From positions 128,001 to 192,000 of the forward strand of contig JAGWFT010000002.1 of assembly GCA_028867755.1 (NCBI GenBank): DNA of 64,000 bases, written 5' to 3'. A program made the position numbers and the translations under genes. The notes beneath the pieces are model-generated. The model was given only the letters and a program-made list of their open reading frames with translations. It had not been told where the DNA came from and did no database searches. Shown here one piece after another: positions 58,177 to 64,000 of this stretch. Source of the stretch: Nitrososphaerota archaeon (lineage in GTDB: Archaea > Thermoproteota > Nitrososphaeria > Nitrososphaerales > Nitrosopumilaceae). Position 1 is the first letter of the stretch. Each line of letters opens with the position of its first letter.

Positions 58177-58926
58177 ATGCAGTCAAACTGCTCTAGTCTT
58201 GATTTTGGTGCTATCAAGAACTCTTTTCTGTTTTACAAGACCGTAACAAGCCAGTACAAAAACCCTCAAGTATTAAGGTCTGTCAGGGAATTGATACCTA
58301 AAGATGTACTGGAGGCAGACTTGGTTCCATCACTTTTGAAGTGGTTCAAGGGTTTTATGACCTGGACTCCAAACCAAATTGTCTGCGACAAATGTAACAC
58401 AGGAGACAAGATGCAAGTTACGATACAAACAGGAAATACTTGGATGATACGCAAAACAGAGGTTCATACTTGCAGTAAGTGTGGAACAGAGAAGATAATT
58501 CCAAGATACAATGACGTGTTGAAAATTGCCAAGACAAGATATGGAAGATGCGGTGAATGGTCCATACTTTTTGGCGCCATCCTAAATTCATTATCTATTG
58601 AATCTAGAATTGCATATGATTACCTTGATCACTGCTGGAATGAGATACTTGTTGATGGCAAGTGGTTTCATGCAGATTCTACGTTTGAATATCCATATTC
58701 GTTTGATAATCCTCACTATTACGAACGAAACTGGAAGAAACAGTACGTCTATGTCATTGCATTCTCGCCAGACAAGATAGAAGACGTTACAGGCAGATAC
58801 ACAGAACAATGGGACACAGTTTTGTTACGAAGAAAGAGCTTGGGCCAGTCTGGAAGTGTCAATGTAAGCTCCATTGACGACCTTCAGAATTTTTACACTA
58901 CTATACAATCACTTTATAGCAATTAG
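58177..58926 (+). CDS. Peptide:N-glycanase (Png1/NGLY1)-like transglutaminase-fold protein
   Basis: LLKWFK, C70xxC73, C99xxC102, PRYN, TRYGRC125GEW, DH152CWNE, HAD167, YERNWKK, YVIAF, DVTGRY. Confidence 0.88.
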   Translation: MQSNCSSLDFGAIKNSFLFYKTVTSQYKNPQVLRSVRELIPKDVLEADLVPSLLKWFKGFMTWTPNQIVCDKCNTGDKMQVTIQTGNTWMIRKTEVHTCSKCGTEKIIPRYNDVLKIAKTRYGRCGEWSILFGAILNSLSIESRIAYDYLDHCWNEILVDGKWFHADSTFEYPYSFDNPHYYERNWKKQYVYVIAFSPDKIEDVTGRYTEQWDTVLLRRKSLGQSGSVNVSSIDDLQNFYTTIQSLYSN

Positions 58927-60203
58927 GACTTTTGTGATGTATCAACTGATCTTTGTTTTCCAGGCTTTAGGAAAAATGCACAAGTTATGATTGCTCCGGA
59001 ACACAACTCAATTGCAGTGAAACTATAAAACGGCAACGCATAACTTATTGTGAAAAGTATTGCCCCTATGATTGTTCCAGCAGACGCTGACACATTTCTT
59101 AATACGTCATATACAGCAAATAGTGCTGGTCTTTTCTCTCTTGGTGTCAGCTCAATTTGAAGAGCCTCATGTGTTGGGCCATAATTTACGCCTGTTGCAA
59201 TCATTGCAAGCAATATTGCAAGTATCCACCAAAATGAATGCTCTAGTATAAGAAATATCGAGAGCGGGGCTGTCGTGATGACAGACAGCAATAGTATCTT
59301 TCTCTTGTCAAACCTGTCTGAAACAATTCCAAGTGGTGTTCTAACTAGATTTGCAAACAAGATCTGCATGCTCAGTATTATTCCCCACTGGAAGCTGTCA
59401 AGCTTTGCAATGGTGATGCCATAAAATATCAGGTAAGGGCCCATTATCGAATTTGCTACAATAACTAGTATGTAAGCTGAAAGCAATGGAATCAGTGCTT
59501 TTGGTAGCGTAACAAGATTGGACCAGAAATTCTTTGAATGGTAAAATACCGATTCAAAAGACTCTGGATTTTTTCTATTGTGTAACAGTGATTGTTCTGG
59601 TTTCACATGTAACGGTTTTAGCTCGTTTTCACGCAAGAACTTGACTAGCAATATGGTAGAAATTGGTGATATCATAAGTGCTATTATTGCTCCAAGCCTG
59701 AATCCGTCTACTGCTCCCATTGTGTAAACTAGGTATCCGCCCACAAGGGGTGCAAAGATGGAGGGTATGGTGGTAAGTGTTTGGTAAAGTGAGAGCTGAG
59801 CAGTCCTATTTTTTTGTACTGTGGCATCAGCTACTAGTTGTCGCCAAGCAGTAGAACTGATTCCCCCTATTGCTCCAATCAATATTGGAATTGAAAGCAC
59901 GGCCCAGCTGTTTGATAGGTAATAACCAAAAAGTATGGCAGGTCCTATCCATGATGTCATGATTGCAATCTTTTTGAGATTGTGCCTTCCAGTAATGACT
60001 CCGCCTGCAATAGTTGATGGTATTCCAATGAGTGTTGCAAATGTAGCAATTATTCCATACTGGAGGACTGTTCCACCAAGTGAGGTAAAGTAGATTGGTA
60101 GAAATGATAGTGCAATGTTGCCTATGCTTCCAATTGAAGTGGCAATAACCAGTACTGCAATGTTTCCCCTTGGAATGATCTCTTTCGTATTATTACATCT
60201 GCA
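58923..60203 (-). CDS. MFS transporter; frame open to 60203 but no in-frame ATG/GTG/TTG before 59960 (possible start-disrupted pseudogene)
   Basis: Motif-A-like GVITGRHNLKK upstream of the ORF-track start and GIVSDRFDKRK in the C half; out-of-frame ATG at 60198. Confidence 0.75.
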   Translation of the reverse strand, partial: CRCNNTKEIIPRGNIAVLVIATSIGSIGNIALSFLPIYFTSLGGTVLQYGIIATFATLIGIPSTIAGGVITGRHNLKKIAIMTSWIGPAILFGYYLSNSWAVLSIPILIGAIGGISSTAWRQLVADATVQKNRTAQLSLYQTLTTIPSIFAPLVGGYLVYTMGAVDGFRLGAIIALMISPISTILLVKFLRENELKPLHVKPEQSLLHNRKNPESFESVFYHSKNFWSNLVTLPKALIPLLSAYILVIVANSIMGPYLIFYGITIAKLDSFQWGIILSMQILFANLVRTPLGIVSDRFDKRKILLLSVITTAPLSIFLILEHSFWWILAILLAMIATGVNYGPTHEALQIELTPREKRPALFAVYDVLRNVSASAGTIIGAILFTISYALPFYSFTAIELCSGAIITCAFFLKPGKQRSVDTSQKS

Positions 60204-60274
60204 CTAAATTCTTCTTTAATCTGTTGGGTTGTAATTTTTTGTAAATGAAATTGTTATGTGTCAAAAAAAGGTGT

Positions 60275-60291
60275 ATACCGGGGGTGGGTTT
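60275..60291 (-). repeat. attR-like copy of the tRNA-Met 3' end
   Basis: ATACCGGGGGTGGGTTT is identical to 63828-63844. Confidence 0.9.
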
Positions 60292-60414
60292 AGCTAAATT
60301 AATTTAATACCCTAACAAATTACTGCCTTAATTTCTTATTTTTAGACGTGCGTTACCTATCTTAAACTACCTCTAGATTTAATGGACATCCTGCTATTAA
60401 ATCAAAATATGAAA

Positions 60415-60759
60415 TTACCTTTGCCACATCATGCCATGATAGGTGAAGTTGTTACTCATCATCCATGGACCCATGTACTGATTCTGAAAGTTAGGATTAC
60501 TCATCATACTATACATGAAATCTTTGTTTTGAAACATGTAGTTATACATCTGCTGTCTTAGTTGAGGATCTTGCATCATATATCCCATGTACTGACCTGC
60601 AAACTGTGGATTTCTACCCATCATTTGATTGAAAATTGAAGGGTTTTGGTACATCATTGTATATGGGTTGTAGGTGTTCAGGAAAACTGCGTAACCAATT
60701 CCAATGCCCGCAACAAATACTCCAACTGTAATGCCGATCCAAACGTATCGATTGATCAT
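60415..60759 (-). CDS. Membrane-anchored Met/Tyr/Gln/Asn-rich repeat protein
   Basis: N-terminal TM helix; 18 Met in 114 aa; repeated MMxxNP/DP. Confidence 0.8.
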   Translation of the reverse strand: MINRYVWIGITVGVFVAGIGIGYAVFLNTYNPYTMMYQNPSIFNQMMGRNPQFAGQYMGYMMQDPQLRQQMYNYMFQNKDFMYSMMSNPNFQNQYMGPWMMSNNFTYHGMMWQR

Positions 60760-60961
60760 GAATATAATATGATGATTTTAGATATTATACCAATGACAAA
60801 ATTATCATTACTGAGAATCATCATTTTACTCAGTTATTCCTAAGCAAAATTATCAGATCTGATAATCGGATTTTCTCGTTAAATAGGATCAACGGCTTAT
60901 TCTATCCATGTTCGAAAAACATTGCCAAGTTTGCGGTATTGGTGTAAAGAAAGAGACAACA

Positions 60962-61287
60962 CTAAAGTGATTTAACAAATATTTTTGCACTAGGTGATGC
61001 CTGATGGTGCTTGTTCCACATAAAACAAGACATCTGAAGTTGAGAGGAGATTTGAGTTTGGGATGCCAAATGGTGTAGCAATCTCAAGACAATTGTTTGT
61101 CACCGTACATGTAGGAAGGCTAGCTTGAGAACTGTATGCTGCTAGATCATTTTCCAAAGTAGGATCATTTCATGTAACAATAATTGCAATCATGGAACTT
61201 CCACTTGTTGCAAATACCGTAGGAATGGTCAAAGATGAAGATAAAATCGATAGAACTATTACACTAACGAAAATATTTTTCGTTCAA
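60962..61287 (-). pseudogene. Decayed secreted S53 (sedolisin-like)/S8 peptidase fragment
   Basis: Signal peptide, then IAIIVT*NDPTLENDLAAYSSQASLPTCTVTNNCLEIATPFG...VEQA/HQASPSAKIFV; in-frame TGA at 61170-72 and at least two frameshifts. Confidence 0.65.
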
Positions 61288-61370
61288 CCTATATTATCGC
61301 ATCACTTCTTTCCTATTAGGTTCTTCTTATCTGTGATTTGCATGCATTATGAATAATCATATAAATTATT

Positions 61371-61856
61371 TCAATATGGAGGAGGTTGCACTATAAGCTG
61401 GCCCCTCATGGTAGGATAGTGAAATGTACAATAGTAAGTAAATACACCAGTAGTATTTGCATCCAATGTCATGGTTGTATTCTCACCTGGATGTACAACA
61501 ACATTGATGTTGTACGGCTTGTCAAAGATAGTAAATGAATGATTATCTCCGCCAGGTTGTTCAATGTTAAAAAAGTGGATCACCATTTTATCGCCTTTGA
61601 AGACTGCCATAACGGGCATACTGTAAATATCCTTGGGCATTCCCATTTGGGTCTCATTGAAACCAGGGATCTCACTATCAGACAGCCAAAATTCTCTCTT
61701 TTCTCCAGTGTAATGTTGAATGTTGCTTGTTTGCAGTGTGTTCTGGTTTGTTGCCTGTGATGTGGTGGTGATGGACATTGTTACAGCGATTAAGGCAATA
61801 GTAATTGCAGCAATAGCTATGCCAAGTGTTATTATTGTAGTACTGGAGGACAACAA
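61371..61856 (-). CDS. Membrane-anchored cupredoxin (type-1 blue copper) protein
   Basis: HSFT His and YYCTFHYPTMRG (C-x2-H-x3-M); N-terminal TM. Confidence 0.88.
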   Translation of the reverse strand: MLSSSTTIITLGIAIAAITIALIAVTMSITTTSQATNQNTLQTSNIQHYTGEKREFWLSDSEIPGFNETQMGMPKDIYSMPVMAVFKGDKMVIHFFNIEQPGGDNHSFTIFDKPYNINVVVHPGENTTMTLDANTTGVFTYYCTFHYPTMRGQLIVQPPPY

Positions 61857-61951
61857 AAATTCTAGTTACCTACCTATTTTTAATGATAATCACCATTCTC
61901 ACCAATAGAAATGGTAGGTAGCATATTATGCATTATAAAGAACTGATTGTC

Positions 61952-62167
61952 ATGAATAAAAAAATCCTTTTAGGCATTGCGGTTGGAGTTGTCATTATCG
62001 CTGCAACGCTAGGAGTAAAATCAATCATGGGAGAGAAAATAGCACTACCTGGCGAAGAACACACCGAAAATGCATTAAACTTACAAGAAAACAATCAATC
62101 ACAGATCAAATCACTAACTACAAGTAACGAGTCAAGTTCTTCCGAGTCAACAGAATCTGGTCCATGA
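61952..62167 (+). CDS. Small single-TM protein with Ser/Glu-rich tail
   Basis: MNKKILLGIAVGVVIIAATLG...SSSSESTESGP. Confidence 0.6.
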   Translation: MNKKILLGIAVGVVIIAATLGVKSIMGEKIALPGEEHTENALNLQENNQSQIKSLTTSNESSSSESTESGP

Positions 62168-62207
62168 GAAAGTATCTATTGATCCAAATACGATAGGTTG
62201 AGTAGAC

Positions 62208-62477
62208 ATGGCAGAATTATCAATTACCAATTATGTACTTCTTGCGGCACATCTCATAGTTGGATTTTTACTTGTCTTCTTTGCTGCCAAAGCGTTCAAG
62301 AGAACAAAATATCTTCCTATGGCACTTCTAGTCATAGGATTCACACTTTTGGTTCTTGGAGAAACTGTCATGGAATATGCATTTTCATTTGCTGGCGAGA
62401 GCTTGCAAAAAATAATAGAAGAAGGGTTTGAGATAGCTGGATTTATCGTACTTATCATAGCAGTCAAGAAAAGCTGA
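62208..62477 (+). CDS. Small 3-TM membrane protein
   Basis: Three hydrophobic helices; GFTLLVLGE; 4 nt upstream of the wHTH gene. Confidence 0.8.
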   Translation: MAELSITNYVLLAAHLIVGFLLVFFAAKAFKRTKYLPMALLVIGFTLLVLGETVMEYAFSFAGESLQKIIEEGFEIAGFIVLIIAVKKS

Positions 62478-62481
62478 AAAA

Positions 62482-62823
62482 ATGACAAACGATGATGAGA
62501 TCCTAGGCATATTGGGAGATGAATATAGTAGAAAGATACTTGCAATACTGGCAAAAAATGAGCTCAATGCCCAAGAAATATCAGCAAAACTTGGTATTCC
62601 CGCTTCGACAACCTATAGAAAGATCAAGAGCTTGGAAAGTCTAGGCCTCATAAAGAAGACTAAGGTTGTTCGTACGCTTGAGGGTCTTGACGAAAGTTAC
62701 TACAAGAGTTTGGTCTCAGGTATAGATGTAAAGTTCAGAGATGGCGAGATGTCGTGCAAACTTGAAAAGTTTGCCATGGATGAAAAGATACAAAGGCTTT
62801 GGGAAAAATTCTCAGAAAAATGA
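62482..62823 (+). CDS. ArsR-like winged-helix regulator
   Basis: LGDEYSRKIL...EIS..LGIPASTTYRKIKSLESLGLI. Confidence 0.88.
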   Translation: MTNDDEILGILGDEYSRKILAILAKNELNAQEISAKLGIPASTTYRKIKSLESLGLIKKTKVVRTLEGLDESYYKSLVSGIDVKFRDGEMSCKLEKFAMDEKIQRLWEKFSEK

Positions 62824-62933
62824 ATTGATTTTATTGTAATGCTGTGTTATAGATTTAATAAAATATCTGCTATCATTCTCGTTGATGAAAATGGTAGAAC
62901 CGATTTTATTCCAATCTGCATATTAATTATTCG

Positions 62934-63170
62934 ATGAAAACATCTTCATATGTACTAATGACGCTTGTCATACTTGCCACAAGTGCACCGACACTAGCTC
63001 TTGCACAATATGAAAACGAAGGAGGAGATCAGGGAAACACTGTGATGATCCTGGCAATCTTTAGTTTGACATTATACGTAACCATATCCGCAATACTTGG
63101 CGTAGTTGGATATTCAATTTGGAAAGTATGCAGGATAAGAAGAAAAGCTGCAAAAATGAGAGCGACGTAA
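62934..63170 (+). CDS. Small exported/membrane protein
   Basis: Signal peptide + acidic linker + TM + basic tail. Confidence 0.6.
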   Translation: MKTSSYVLMTLVILATSAPTLALAQYENEGGDQGNTVMILAIFSLTLYVTISAILGVVGYSIWKVCRIRRKAAKMRAT

Positions 63171-63175
63171 TCTTT

Positions 63176-63712
63176 ATGCATAATTTTTCTATCCATTCAT
63201 ACTTGAAAATATCAATAATGATAGTTCTTGCATTTGTTCCCACTCTAGCCTATGCTGATGATGACAATGGATTTAGTACGGCTGCCACTCTTGGCTGGTT
63301 AGCAATTGGCTGTGGAATGGCAGCAAATCTCTCACTTATCATATTCAAAATGATAAAGAAGATGCCTATCATGAAATTAGTAGGCGGTTCTAGTACTTCA
63401 CAAAGTTTGACATCCATGTACCAACCTGTATTGAATTTCCACATCCTGTTAAATTCAGTGGGATTCTTTGCTGGTTTATCGCATGGATTTATGCTCATAC
63501 GAGGACTGGACTACATATCACTCTCATTGGTCATAGTCATGACCGTATCAATGATTAGTGGCATAATACTCAAATTCGCATCTGATAAAAATTTAAAATT
63601 CTTCAGCAGACTAGTTCATGGTCAAGCCATTCTTGCTGCATTACTAGTGACACTTGTTGTTTTACATGTAATTACTAGATGGCATCATGGAATTATCATG
63701 CATTTCATATGA
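63176..63712 (+). CDS. Membrane protein with two His pairs in TM helices (di-haem cytochrome b / ferric-reductase-like)
   Basis: FHILLNSVGFFAGLSHG (H-x13-H) and VHGQAILAALLVTLVVLHV (H-x15-H). Confidence 0.6.
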   Translation: MHNFSIHSYLKISIMIVLAFVPTLAYADDDNGFSTAATLGWLAIGCGMAANLSLIIFKMIKKMPIMKLVGGSSTSQSLTSMYQPVLNFHILLNSVGFFAGLSHGFMLIRGLDYISLSLVIVMTVSMISGIILKFASDKNLKFFSRLVHGQAILAALLVTLVVLHVITRWHHGIIMHFI

Positions 63713-63828
63713 GGTATATGACATATTCTTACAGGTCTGAATCCCAATCTTAACTATGATAATGACACGTAAAAACATCAGTTTGAAACCTTTGATGAGT
63801 GTTACAATATTAGTTTAATACCAAAACA

Positions 63829-63923
63829 TACCGGGGGTGGGTTTCGAACCCACGACCTCCAGATTATGAGTATTACCCTTTTTGTGGAGACTGGCACTCT
63901 AGGCCAGGCTGAGCTACCCCGGC
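63829..63923 (-). tRNA. tRNA-Met(CAU), probably elongator, with 19-nt intron at a non-canonical position
   Basis: GCCGGGG/CCCCGGT acceptor, CCAG...CTCATAA-TCTGG arm interrupted by a 19-nt insert (63872-63890), GTGGG-TTCGAAA-CCCAC T arm. Confidence 0.88.
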
Positions 63924-64000
63924 ATAGATTACGCCTAATTTCAACTGCAATTAAATGTAGCTTGTAGAAAATGTTCGGAAAAATTTCGAAAACTAATTTC

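Larger units (their letters stand above)
60275..63844. mobile_element. tRNA-Met-anchored integrated island (~3.55 kb, no integrase)
   Basis: 17-bp direct repeats, one being the tRNA 3' end; accessory cargo including a pseudogene. Confidence 0.75.

Noticed and set aside
57979-60274. Second att repeat that would extend the island over the PNGase/MFS block
   Set aside because: No further copy of the tRNA-Met 3' end or other direct repeat was visible, so this block is not assigned to the island
60769-60814. C/D-box sRNA candidate (ATGATGA...CTGA)
   Set aside because: Very AT-rich would-be guides, no convincing D'/C' boxes, and it overlaps the promoter region of 60415-60759
810-63498. Numerous 60-170 aa antisense or nested ORFs in the track (e.g. 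1241-1504, 18197-18697, 21709-22206, 30257-30628, 43955-44341)
   Set aside because: They are shadows of well-supported genes on the opposite strand or frame and carry no independent motifs

Overview
About 64 kb of an AT-rich archaeal chromosome. The gene set points to Nitrososphaerota (Thaumarchaeota, ammonia-oxidising archaea): PEFG-CTERM protein, ubiquitin-like::Cgi121 fusion, RPC34/TFE-beta orthologue, singlet histone, Topo VI, short PurA. A Nitrosotalea-like lineage is a guess, not shown. Bases 1-58000 are mostly core housekeeping genes (purB, rtcB, rps11, thiL, purA, pyrF, uppS, aIF2b/aIF1A/rio1/dim2/top6BA, trm1, nop5/fibrillarin, pyrDK, radA, rpl21e/rpo4/ksgA), with tRNA-Thr(CGU), tRNA-Cys(GCA) and tRNA-Ser(GCU). 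I added about ten small or partial genes that the ORF track misses. The right end (58-64 kb) is accessory. It has a homologue of eukaryotic cytosolic peptide:N-glycanase (Png1/NGLY1) with intact Zn sites and catalytic triad, and an MFS gene that has lost its start codon. It also has a ~3.55 kb island bounded by an intron-containing tRNA-Met(CAU) and a 17-bp duplicate of that tRNA's 3' end. The island carries a blue-copper protein, a Met-rich membrane protein, a 4-His cytochrome-b-like protein, a 3-TM + wHTH pair and a decayed S53 peptidase. Other oddities are a secreted-protein/histidine-kinase chimeric pseudogene, a transposase tail, a GC-rich orphan hairpin, a nuclease-like::QueD fusion, and a recurring membrane-protein + wHTH module. 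I saw no CRISPR array, rRNA or intact integrase. All family calls come from motif recognition by eye; no database searches were run.
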